Shown one piece after another: positions 39,137 through 48,140 of a stretch of 64,000 nucleotides of DNA. Positions within the stretch are counted from its first letter, which is position 1, and the number at the start of each line of letters is the position of its first letter. Under the pieces are notes generated by a model. It saw only the letters and a list, made by a program, of their open reading frames with translations, had not been told where the DNA came from and ran no database searches. Location: the sequence record MN563784.1. One strand, 5' to 3'. Position numbers and translations under genes: made by a program.

Positions 39137-39349
39137 ATGTCAAATTCATTTAAAGCCGGTGACAAAGTTGTAGTCAACACAGATATTATTAATAGCACTG
39201 GTGAATGCGGCTATGATCTTACACTATGCAAAGCTGGTACTGTAGTTATAATCGAATCTGTTAATGGAGACCATCTGTTAGTATATCCATCTAATAGCGG
39301 TCCTAGTAATGGATTTTATGTTCATCTACATCAGGTTAATGCACAATGA
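39137..39349 (+). CDS. SH3-like protein
   Basis: FKAGDKVVV...GTVVIIESV. Confidence 0.7.
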   Translation: MSNSFKAGDKVVVNTDIINSTGECGYDLTLCKAGTVVIIESVNGDHLLVYPSNSGPSNGFYVHLHQVNAQ

Positions 39350-39723
39350 AACTTGAATGCGTAAGAGATACTGCACAGATCCTCTACAGTAAAAGAGCTT
39401 TTATAAAAGGTAATTATATTGGTAGCGAATATCATATTTACCAATTACTAACCCATCTTCATCATCGTATCGTTAATGCGCTTATTGAAATATATGATGA
39501 TGATTCACTAGCTGATGTGCTAAATAAAAGTCCTGATGATATTATTATCTTATTCTCTAAACATGCGACTAATGCGTATCAGCATTACAAAGTTCTTCGC
39601 CAAAATATAAATGCTAAGATTGAAGAAGTAAATGCATCACGAAATAGGTATACTCTATGGTCTAACTTAGTAGAGGATATTCTTAAGTTTAGACTATATT
39701 GCAGTAAACTAAAGGTGGGTTGA
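39346..39723 (+). CDS. hypothetical protein
   Basis: ATGA overlap. Confidence 0.75.
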   Translation: MKLECVRDTAQILYSKRAFIKGNYIGSEYHIYQLLTHLHHRIVNALIEIYDDDSLADVLNKSPDDIIILFSKHATNAYQHYKVLRQNINAKIEEVNASRNRYTLWSNLVEDILKFRLYCSKLKVG

Positions 39724-39724
39724 G

Positions 39725-40090
39725 ATGATCGAAATTAATTCTGCTGAAGTGGAAATGCTTGTTAAAACAATTACTGGCGATTTACTCTACTCTATCCACG
39801 ATGGTACATATCCAGCTGAAGTTCATTGGATGTTTAAAGCAGATGTTGCAATGCTGGATGCATGGTTTGCTAAAATTTATCAGTTTGGTATGTCAAAGCA
39901 AATCCCATATGCCAGTATTCCATTTGCCAATCTAGTGGATGTATCAACTGAGTGGCTATTCCAATATATGGCCAATCTGTCAGCTAATCTAGGTGATTTT
40001 GAAGAGGTCCAAGAACCTATTTTCAATATCATCAATAAGATCCATTCAATGTGGTCAGTTTATGATAAGTATTCATGGACTGGTAGCTAA
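39725..40090 (+). CDS. hypothetical protein
   Basis: Collinear ORF. Confidence 0.75.
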   Translation: MIEINSAEVEMLVKTITGDLLYSIHDGTYPAEVHWMFKADVAMLDAWFAKIYQFGMSKQIPYASIPFANLVDVSTEWLFQYMANLSANLGDFEEVQEPIFNIINKIHSMWSVYDKYSWTGS

Positions 40091-40133
40091 TACTTGACCG
40101 TCCAATTAGATAGTTATAGGACGGGAATTAGCC

Positions 40134-40469
40134 ATGTTTATAGTTGATGATAAGTGTTATAGTTGGTCAAGTACTTCGCACGGTCGTGGGAAAAGAAGCG
40201 AAATAGTTGGAGCAGGTGTTTACGTTATTGAACACATTGCAACTGGGAAGTATTTGGTAGGACTTTCAAAGACTGTTAGTAATGAAGTTGATAAACATAT
40301 CGCTGCATTACGTAATAATAGTCATCAAAATAAGGCGATGTTAGGTTTAGTACATCGGGATATGGATTTACGTTTATTAGAATATCCCATTAGTAAGGTT
40401 AGTGATCAGAAAGCTCTTATTGCCAAGATCCGAGCCACTACTGAACCTAAATATCTAATGCTTAACTAG
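40134..40469 (+). CDS. stand-alone degenerate GIY-YIG domain protein
   Basis: GVYVI...GKYLVGLS...H...L....H.N pattern; usual Arg appears absent. Confidence 0.65.
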   Translation: MFIVDDKCYSWSSTSHGRGKRSEIVGAGVYVIEHIATGKYLVGLSKTVSNEVDKHIAALRNNSHQNKAMLGLVHRDMDLRLLEYPISKVSDQKALIAKIRATTEPKYLMLN

Positions 40470-40514
40470 GGAGGGTAATACCTCCCTTTCTTATATAAGA
40501 AAAGGAAATATACA

Positions 40515-41201
40515 ATGAGTAATCCGTTAGTTATCAAATCGGCAAGTGATTTAGTAGAGCCGAAAGGAACAGACTATAAAGCACCTATTTTTAAGACTAG
40601 TTATGAATATTCAGCTATTCGTGAAAATAGTCGAAAGCAAATCGAAGAACAAATGAAGCGGTCCAAACAACCATTCGTTGTGCTTGAACGAGATGGTGAT
40701 ATTGGTTCGAATGTTGTATATTACACGTGCGGATGTAATAAAGAAGATCCTCTGTTTCCTGAACTAGTAATCACTGCCTGTATTACTAAGGAATCAGCCA
40801 TCAACACTATCTATGCTATTTTTGAAAAATTAAAAGAAGTTAAGCAAATTACAGGCGGCGTAGAAATTGCAGATCTTCTAAGTGCATTCGAAGAAGATCA
40901 ACGAATGGGTCGGCAACCGAAGTTTGGTATTCGTCCAATTGATGCGCATCAATTTGTTTATGGCTTTGGTGGTAAACTACATGCGTATTACAATATGGAT
41001 GACTATTATAACCAATTACCAATTTGGCAAATTCTCATTAGCGATATTGAAGGATTCCTACCTACCGACAGTGGTTACCTGCAAACAGTTTGCCCACAAT
41101 TTCTTTTAGCGGATAAACCATTTGGACAGGCTGGTAATATCTATCCGACAGATATTTTCAAAACTATGACATGTCGTCCTTCTACTGCAATTATTCATTA
41201 A
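40515..41201 (+). CDS. DUF4262-like protein
   Basis: YTCG...PELVI, WQILISDIEGFLP, PQFL pattern. Confidence 0.6.
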   Translation: MSNPLVIKSASDLVEPKGTDYKAPIFKTSYEYSAIRENSRKQIEEQMKRSKQPFVVLERDGDIGSNVVYYTCGCNKEDPLFPELVITACITKESAINTIYAIFEKLKEVKQITGGVEIADLLSAFEEDQRMGRQPKFGIRPIDAHQFVYGFGGKLHAYYNMDDYYNQLPIWQILISDIEGFLPTDSGYLQTVCPQFLLADKPFGQAGNIYPTDIFKTMTCRPSTAIIH

Positions 41202-41213
41202 GAGGTTAATATA

Positions 41214-41453
41214 ATGCGTGAGTTTCGTACTGGTCAATATTGTATTACTAAAATTGATATCCCTCACCCAAAACCCAATGCATTAACTGGTCCAACTTAT
41301 TTAACAGCTGGGCAGCAGTGTCAGATCATCGTCTATGATCCATCGAAAACACCTTCTACTGGTATTCGTAAAGAAGGTGAAAACTTTGCAATGGTTTATG
41401 TAGATGAATCTGCATTAATTGCTGATCCATCAAAACCGGTTCCAACTCTATGA
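41214..41453 (+). CDS. SH3-like protein
   Basis: FRTGQYC...AGQQCQII. Confidence 0.65.
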   Translation: MREFRTGQYCITKIDIPHPKPNALTGPTYLTAGQQCQIIVYDPSKTPSTGIRKEGENFAMVYVDESALIADPSKPVPTL

Positions 41454-41809
41454 TATTTAAATTCTTTGATGTTAATGGAGAATATGATCCACGTAACTTA
41501 TGGTTACCCGCTGCACGTCAGCTATACATCTCTATTATTAATCCAGAGGGCCATGATGTACTCTGGTATGCTAGAAAGCCAGGCACCAATGTTGCCATTT
41601 GGACACCAAAGCGAGATGATTATGAGTTAGTTAATTGCTCAGAAATCATAAAAGCTAGACAGGTGCTATTAGCCAATCATGAGGCAGGTTCAGTAGAAAA
41701 GGCATTACATGAATATGACTTACCTGTTAAAGGTAAATATAAATTAGCAAGTCGTACATGGGAATGTAGTGAACTATTCACTCTCCAATTTATTGAATAT
41801 AATTTTTAA
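41450..41809 (+). CDS. hypothetical protein
   Basis: ATGA overlap. Confidence 0.75.
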   Translation: MIFKFFDVNGEYDPRNLWLPAARQLYISIINPEGHDVLWYARKPGTNVAIWTPKRDDYELVNCSEIIKARQVLLANHEAGSVEKALHEYDLPVKGKYKLASRTWECSELFTLQFIEYNF

Positions 41810-41823
41810 ACAGGTAATTATAA

Positions 41824-42345
41824 ATGGCTCTTATTTGTGGATATGGTGAAAATGCCGTACTATTCGGCGGTGATGTTGATGTAGTCGATTATGCAATGTC
41901 TCAAAGAAAATATACCTTAGATAATAAATTCATTATCCGTGGTATCGCTGTTATGAGTGCTGATAAAGAAGCACGACATAGTTTCTGCCGAGCTAATAGA
42001 GAGCTATTTCTTAGTCATCGCACAAAAGACTATAATGTAATCACACAACAATTCCAAGAATCGGTTAATAATTATAAAGTGATGGTTTATATTGTATTCG
42101 ATGATGAGTTAGCTGTCTTTGTACCGAATACACCAATCACTGTACTGAATTATAAAAATAACCCGGATGGAGTTACTGTGATTAATAAAGGTTTCCGCTA
42201 TAAACAGAGGGAGAGGCTTAAAGTTCTCATTAAAACATATCACAATGATCTACTGCTATTGGCTAAGAATATTGCAGATAATTCATTGAAAGATGTTAAT
42301 CAACTAACTGTCTTTAAAGACGGAACTACCCAACGGTTTATTTAA
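41824..42345 (+). CDS. hypothetical protein
   Basis: AGGT RBS. Confidence 0.8.
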   Translation: MALICGYGENAVLFGGDVDVVDYAMSQRKYTLDNKFIIRGIAVMSADKEARHSFCRANRELFLSHRTKDYNVITQQFQESVNNYKVMVYIVFDDELAVFVPNTPITVLNYKNNPDGVTVINKGFRYKQRERLKVLIKTYHNDLLLLAKNIADNSLKDVNQLTVFKDGTTQRFI

Positions 42346-42356
42346 GGTATCTTTAC

Positions 42357-42656
42357 ATGACCACTAAACAACAGCGCATTACCTATCACTACCACTGTAA
42401 AGGTCTTAAACAGACATATCACCCAGTCATTGGTAAAGATGGGGAATTGAAACTGTCTGTACTTACACCTGATAATATTTATAGTCAATATCCATTATAC
42501 GAGGATGTAGAAGATGAAGCTATCGATAAATTATGCGATCAGGTAGAACTACTACTGAGAAAAGAACTTGTGGGTGTAATTGCTATTAAATATAATGTCG
42601 ATTATCTAGCTACCCCTGGTGAGAAATTAAAAGAAGTATATAGACTCGTAATTTAA
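42357..42656 (+). CDS. hypothetical protein
   Basis: AAGGT RBS; terminator follows. Confidence 0.75.
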   Translation: MTTKQQRITYHYHCKGLKQTYHPVIGKDGELKLSVLTPDNIYSQYPLYEDVEDEAIDKLCDQVELLLRKELVGVIAIKYNVDYLATPGEKLKEVYRLVI

Positions 42657-42714
42657 TAATGGTATAATTGCCCTCCTTCGGGAGGGCTTCTATTTCGTAA
42701 AAAGGAAAATACAA

Positions 42715-43155
42715 ATGAAAGCGTTCATCCCAAAATGGCGCCAAGACCCAAATAACGTTGACCATAAGTATGGTTATGAACTGAATGCATACACCTCTGT
42801 TTCTGGTACTCGCGTCTTCATCGAACGTCGTGTTGAATACTACAATAAGAAAAAGAAACAATGGTGCGATGAAACAATTCAAGTAATTCATCTTGGTAAA
42901 CTGAATTGTTATATTTGGAAACACTATCCAGTTATCAGTTTCAGAGATGTTGGTGTAATCTACGGTCGGTTAGAATTTGATGAACTAAAGAAAGTAAATA
43001 AACTTATTCAGAGTTCAAATTCCGTATCTATTGAACTGATGGAATCTATTTCAAAAGAATATCAGGTTTATATCACAGCTGTAATTAATAACATCAAATA
43101 TGTGTTCAGCCCTGAACGTACTTATGTATCTGATGAGGGTTACGTAGATGACTAA
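42715..43155 (+). CDS. hypothetical protein
   Basis: AAGGA RBS. Confidence 0.8.
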   Translation: MKAFIPKWRQDPNNVDHKYGYELNAYTSVSGTRVFIERRVEYYNKKKKQWCDETIQVIHLGKLNCYIWKHYPVISFRDVGVIYGRLEFDELKKVNKLIQSSNSVSIELMESISKEYQVYITAVINNIKYVFSPERTYVSDEGYVDD

Positions 43156-43609
43156 AGCAACTACTAATATCGTAATACAAGAGAAGCTTAAAGAACTCCG
43201 TCATAATAGTGATTGGATGTATTACATGACTTCCCAGTTCACTAACTGGATGTCAATGACTCCAGGTGCACTGAATTATAAAAACAACATGACACCAGAT
43301 GAGTATTACGAGCATCTGGTAACTTGGCGGGTGATGACTGAGGATCTAATCCGAGTTCGTAAATCAATTGGTATCAGTATGTCAGGTATGATTAGTGATA
43401 CACTAACACATCTTGATGTAAATGAAGTAATGTGTGAGTTCAGTGTATCAGCTAAACTACGTGTTCATCGCAATCATTGGAAAACCAATATGCTTTACTT
43501 GGGTCTTGACTGCGGTGATCATCTATGGCGTCCTAAAGAACGAGTATTCGTAGTTGGTCAAACGGAATGGTCTCGTTTCCGCGATGCTATTGTCAATGGT
43601 GTTTACTAA
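43148..43609 (+). CDS. hypothetical protein
   Basis: GAGG RBS. Confidence 0.8.
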   Translation: MTKATTNIVIQEKLKELRHNSDWMYYMTSQFTNWMSMTPGALNYKNNMTPDEYYEHLVTWRVMTEDLIRVRKSIGISMSGMISDTLTHLDVNEVMCEFSVSAKLRVHRNHWKTNMLYLGLDCGDHLWRPKERVFVVGQTEWSRFRDAIVNGVY

Positions 43610-43641
43610 GTGATTCCTTTATGTATTTAGGATAATTAAAA

Positions 43642-44154
43642 ATGGCAAAAACACTCCGTGTAGTACGTGTCCGTGATGGGATCGTTGATAGTCTTAATAA
43701 CGATGGTCTATGGGTTAACAAACATACCTTTTGTATGGAAGAGGTATGGGAAGCCCACAAACAAACAACCCAATTCCAGTCTTACAACTGGGGGACTATG
43801 TACTTCGTTAGTGAAAATGATGTAGCATGTAATCCATATCCTCATCATCAATACCGTGAAGTATGGATCTGTCAACGAGGTGTGCAACAAAAACTAGAAC
43901 TATGTGAGGATTTAGAATCCGGTATAGTTGGGGATGATCATGTTGTAGTTATTATGACTACCACGGATGGATTAGATTATAGTTTTGTGAGTGGTGTGTA
44001 TGGCGACCGTATTAACTACAGTCCTTACTATGGTGATGCCATTTCTATACCTTGTACCAATAATCAAGAAGCAGACGATGTCTATCATATTCTAGCTAAA
44101 ATGGCTAATGGCATAAGTCTATCTGTTCCTCTAGTAATGAAGCTGATTAAATAA
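43642..44154 (+). CDS. hypothetical protein
   Basis: AGGA RBS. Confidence 0.8.
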   Translation: MAKTLRVVRVRDGIVDSLNNDGLWVNKHTFCMEEVWEAHKQTTQFQSYNWGTMYFVSENDVACNPYPHHQYREVWICQRGVQQKLELCEDLESGIVGDDHVVVIMTTTDGLDYSFVSGVYGDRINYSPYYGDAISIPCTNNQEADDVYHILAKMANGISLSVPLVMKLIK

Positions 44155-44161
44155 AGGAGTA

Positions 44162-44527
44162 ATGATTATGGATTATAAATGGCATGATAAGTTCATTATA
44201 GAAATTATTAGTAAAAGTTGTAAAAAAGATGGAATTGGTAAAAGTTACTTAGTGCGTAAAGATTGGAGAGATGTTAATCAGCGTGATTACGCCATTCTAT
44301 CACGTATTGGTTTCCATGATGCTCTTTTGCTTGATGAACATGAAGTCGAATACTATTTGAACAATGTAGCATTTGATATCGCAAAGGCCGTATGGGAGTC
44401 TGAAGGTAAACCAAAAGATACTGATATGCATATTCGGGCATTGCGCGTAGATATGGATAGCCTATCTAATAGATTCAAGATATATACTGATATAAAACTA
44501 GATATGGATAAGCACCGGAAATCGTAA
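44162..44527 (+). CDS. hypothetical protein
   Basis: AAGGAG RBS. Confidence 0.8.
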   Translation: MIMDYKWHDKFIIEIISKSCKKDGIGKSYLVRKDWRDVNQRDYAILSRIGFHDALLLDEHEVEYYLNNVAFDIAKAVWESEGKPKDTDMHIRALRVDMDSLSNRFKIYTDIKLDMDKHRKS

Positions 44528-44567
44528 AAGATATCCATCGTATACATTTATTAATAGGAACCTACAA

Positions 44568-44924
44568 ATGCAACTAGATAAAGACAAATTGAAAGAATTG
44601 GTAAATATCATTGAAGAGAATACACGCCTTAAAGGTAAAGTATTCCACCAGGAAACCTACTCCAGTATTCATGGTGAAATAGAGGTTCGCAGTTACGCTG
44701 GTAATTTCATTTTCTATAAAAATCATACTACTGAACAATATGCAATGTTCAATGTAGAGTTTGACACACATGGTAAGGTAGTTAGATTCATAGCACCTGC
44801 ACTATTACGTGCGACTATTATTTGGGAATTGAACGAAGAACCAGAATACTACAAAATCAACATCGAGCAAATGCTGATCGAAGCAGTAACCAATCACTTC
44901 AATACTGCCACACTACTACCTTGA
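44568..44924 (+). CDS. hypothetical protein
   Basis: AGGA RBS. Confidence 0.8.
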   Translation: MQLDKDKLKELVNIIEENTRLKGKVFHQETYSSIHGEIEVRSYAGNFIFYKNHTTEQYAMFNVEFDTHGKVVRFIAPALLRATIIWELNEEPEYYKINIEQMLIEAVTNHFNTATLLP

Positions 44925-44970
44925 AGTTAATTGATAACCATAACTCTTATAAAGCATAGTGGATTTTATT

Positions 44971-45486
44971 ATGAATAAACCAGAATTACTTTACCATGGT
45001 TCTCTTTATAAACAAGATGAATTAATGCCAGGATTTAAAAGATCTGGTGAACTTGTTATGTGGGATGGTATTGAGTCTAACCAATACCTATATGCAACGT
45101 CATCTGAAAAAGATGCATCTTATTTAGGTATTGGTAGCGCTATCGAAAAGTTATTTGATAGTGATAGATATGCTACTGTTGATAGGGATATTACAATCTA
45201 TTGTCAAAATAATATCGATAAAAGTGATATTTTAAAAATGGTTGTGTATGTTTATACCATTCCATTTAGGGACTCTGACAAATGGATTAAGAATAATAAT
45301 CCTCACAATAGCATTGATACTGAGTGGATTACGAAAAACACTATCCATGATGTTACTGTAAGGAAATTAGATATTGGTGAATTTTTAAAAGGTGCTCGCT
45401 TAACTGTCACTAAAGCACCAGTGGATGTTGATCCATTAAACATCATGTCACAATATCGTTCAGTAACAGAGCGTTATCTGTTTTAA
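44971..45486 (+). CDS. ADP-ribosyltransferase-fold protein (H-Y-E pattern)
   Basis: LYHGS, YLYATS, YVY, TEWIT. Confidence 0.55.
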   Translation: MNKPELLYHGSLYKQDELMPGFKRSGELVMWDGIESNQYLYATSSEKDASYLGIGSAIEKLFDSDRYATVDRDITIYCQNNIDKSDILKMVVYVYTIPFRDSDKWIKNNNPHNSIDTEWITKNTIHDVTVRKLDIGEFLKGARLTVTKAPVDVDPLNIMSQYRSVTERYLF

Positions 45487-45501
45487 TTAAATAGGTTAAT
45501 T

Positions 45502-45966
45502 ATGTATCACATATCGACAGTATACCTTGGGGATTATGTTTTATTAAGGCCATATATTCCAAGTAATAGAGCTGATGGCGAAGACAGTGTAACCAACCGT
45601 ATATGTGTGGCCCCATCAGTTATTGAATGTATTGCAGCTAAAAGCGGGAGTTATGATATCGATCTTAATTTACTTGGTTCTAAATCAACTATTTACGCAT
45701 ACCGAAGTAATTCTACTGACTACATTATAGGAAATGTACCTGATCAAAAACAATATAGGGAACACTGGTATTTAAAACCAACTTTATTTGCGTATGTTGG
45801 CTCTCTGCAATTATTAGAGACTGGGGTGATTAAGGTAAGTAGTGAAGTCGATATGCATTCTAAATTAATGGTATCACATCGGTTAAACTACTTCAATAAT
45901 ATTATTAGTAAAGAAGAACTAATACACCATTGGCATATAGAGGCTTTATCTATTTTAAATGGTTAG
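45502..45966 (+). CDS. second ADP-ribosyltransferase-fold-like protein
   Basis: YHIS, RICVAPS, IYAY, EHW. Confidence 0.5.
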   Translation: MYHISTVYLGDYVLLRPYIPSNRADGEDSVTNRICVAPSVIECIAAKSGSYDIDLNLLGSKSTIYAYRSNSTDYIIGNVPDQKQYREHWYLKPTLFAYVGSLQLLETGVIKVSSEVDMHSKLMVSHRLNYFNNIISKEELIHHWHIEALSILNG

Positions 45967-45969
45967 ATC

Positions 45970-46000
45970 ATAATTTATTTAAGATCTATATTACAAGTGT
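45970..46000 (+). promoter_or_regulatory. early promoter
   Basis: aatttatttaagatc-TATATTAC (45987-94). Confidence 0.75.
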
Positions 46001-46021
46001 ACTATCAATAAACTAATAGGA

Positions 46022-46384
46022 GTGATACAAGTGGATTTTATAATTGAAATTATCGATAATCCCAATAGTGATACTGCGTTGTATGTTTATGATTATTGGG
46101 GTACCCTAACTACGGTTGTGGGTAATGCAAAAACCCTGGCAGAAGCATATAGTTTTAAATATTCATCCATTGACAGCATTGAAAAATTAAAAGCTGTCAT
46201 TGGTAAAAATATCGAATGCATTTTTAAAGAAATGCATGATCAATCGAATAAGGTAATTCGTGTTAATATCGTAAAAGTAGATCTAGAGAATAAGATTATT
46301 AGTAAGCGCATCGAAATTGTAAAAAGCTATAGTGTTATCAATAGTGATGGTGAACTTATTCTAATCACAGATGTAGTACGGTAA
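46022..46384 (+). CDS. hypothetical early protein
   Basis: AGGA RBS, GTG start. Confidence 0.7.
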   Translation: MIQVDFIIEIIDNPNSDTALYVYDYWGTLTTVVGNAKTLAEAYSFKYSSIDSIEKLKAVIGKNIECIFKEMHDQSNKVIRVNIVKVDLENKIISKRIEIVKSYSVINSDGELILITDVVR

Positions 46385-46425
46385 TTGAATAAATAATTCA
46401 TTAATTTAACATAGGTGATATAACC

Positions 46426-47298
46426 ATGGCACGTCGTTCTAATAAAATTCGTATTGGTTTTAACGTATCGCTTAAAGCGCTTGAACGAAATGGATCTGAT
46501 GTAATTAAACTACATGATGACATCATATCTTGTTTTAGTGAACTATATCAAAATTACGTAAAAATTGATACAACTACTGACAAAGATGACAAATCACTAA
46601 AACAAGGCATTATTGATGTCGTGGTGTATGTCGATCTAAATACAGCGAACCAAGCCATTCGTTTTAAAGGTATTAGTGATCTGGTAAACCATCTACAGTT
46701 TAATGTAATGGCGAATGATGTTATCGTCGATACAAGTGAATATATTCAGCCTAGCCATATGTCATATATCGAAGATGGTCACCTGAATATGTTAGTGCGT
46801 CGAGAAGGTAAAGAGGTTATCAAAACCATTTTCACTGATGAATATGGTGTTGATCCACTAGTTAATAATGGATCAATAGGAGATGGATGTAGTGTTTCCG
46901 GGATCTATCTAATCGGTGAAGAAAATCGGGTTAATAAACTGGCACGTATTGTTTCTAACAACATTCGCAACGGAGAGTTTAATTTCAAGACCGAAATAGG
47001 TATCCGTAAATTCTATTGGAGTGTACTCGGAAAACCAAGTGCGCAATTTAAGTATATCCACAGTGTGGTATTTAAGTACATCCACAATGAAATATGGAAC
47101 CGTAATAGTTTCTATGTGGATACACTGATTAAGCTAACCAATGGCAAAGTTTATAGCTATGCTAAGAATGGTTTTGTTGGTGGACCTACTGAACTAGAAT
47201 TCCATTATTATGGTGTAACTGATCGAGAAAATTGGGATAATGCGTCAGACAATTTCCTATATCAGGAATTCGAGCAAAGTTGGTCTGTAAAAATCTAA
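46426..47298 (+). CDS. hypothetical protein, tandem paralog of 47355
   Basis: M.RR start; IYLIGEENRVNKL vs LTVFGERSKVNYV; KNGF/KNGY. Confidence 0.85.
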   Translation: MARRSNKIRIGFNVSLKALERNGSDVIKLHDDIISCFSELYQNYVKIDTTTDKDDKSLKQGIIDVVVYVDLNTANQAIRFKGISDLVNHLQFNVMANDVIVDTSEYIQPSHMSYIEDGHLNMLVRREGKEVIKTIFTDEYGVDPLVNNGSIGDGCSVSGIYLIGEENRVNKLARIVSNNIRNGEFNFKTEIGIRKFYWSVLGKPSAQFKYIHSVVFKYIHNEIWNRNSFYVDTLIKLTNGKVYSYAKNGFVGGPTELEFHYYGVTDRENWDNASDNFLYQEFEQSWSVKI

Positions 47299-47301
47299 TA
47301 C

Positions 47302-47327
47302 ATAAAGGGCTCTTCGGAGCCCTTTAT
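47302..47327 (+). terminator. intrinsic terminator
   Basis: 11-bp stem, TTCG loop, T tract. Confidence 0.85.
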
Positions 47328-47354
47328 TTTTTCTTTATTTGGCAGGAATATAAA

Positions 47355-48140
47355 ATGCATCGTCGAACTATGTACAGATTTAGCTTATCATATTCCAATA
47401 AACTTATTAATAATAACCCACTTGGTTTTACAGTCGAGAGTTATCTTGAAAGCTGGTTTGACAAACTCAAGTGTCGATTAACTAAAGGTTATACCAAAAG
47501 CCATGCTATTCATTTTCGTGGAAGTTGGAAATACTTTGAATTAGATCAATATAAGAACAATGCTTTCTTCAATCAATATCACATGGTGATGCAGTCACTA
47601 GAAGATCTAGAAAGAAAGATTAGTGGAGTGATTGGGTTAAGTATCAAAATCACTAAACCAGAACGACATTTATTTCATGTTCTATTTAACCATGAAAAGA
47701 TTATTCTATCCCCTAATGGCATTATCTTTGATGTACGTGTTCCAAAACACACCGTGATAGCTAATCCTGATGTTATGGGATATCGTAATTGCAATGTAGA
47801 TAAACTGACGGTATTTGGCGAGCGCTCTAAAGTTAACTATGTGGTTAAACAAGTACGTTATGCCTTAAAGCAGAAAGGGGTGACAACTGTTGCCAATAGT
47901 TCAATGACTCGTTTTTTATATGACCTATTTCATCCAAAATACAGAGACAATCAAATTTATAACTACGGCATGACTATGTCTGATGTTTATGTAATGGCCG
48001 TATTCAAAAATGGGTATACGGAAATCTATGGTAAAGATGTAGGTGAAATATTTGAAAGTCATACTCTAGATTTTCTAGAACGTGAATACATGATCTGTGG
48101 ACAATATTTTCCTAAGCTATCCAGAGGGATGCTAGTATGA
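47355..48140 (+). CDS. hypothetical protein, tandem paralog of 46426
   Basis: AGGA RBS before ATG 47355; 47280 start crosses the terminator. Confidence 0.8.
   Translation: MHRRTMYRFSLSYSNKLINNNPLGFTVESYLESWFDKLKCRLTKGYTKSHAIHFRGSWKYFELDQYKNNAFFNQYHMVMQSLEDLERKISGVIGLSIKITKPERHLFHVLFNHEKIILSPNGIIFDVRVPKHTVIANPDVMGYRNCNVDKLTVFGERSKVNYVVKQVRYALKQKGVTTVANSSMTRFLYDLFHPKYRDNQIYNYGMTMSDVYVMAVFKNGYTEIYGKDVGEIFESHTLDFLEREYMICGQYFPKLSRGMLV

Noticed and set aside
41824-42345. Second Ntn-hydrolase paralog
   Set aside because: Only the N-terminal strand pattern resembles it; no Thr1 or GSG
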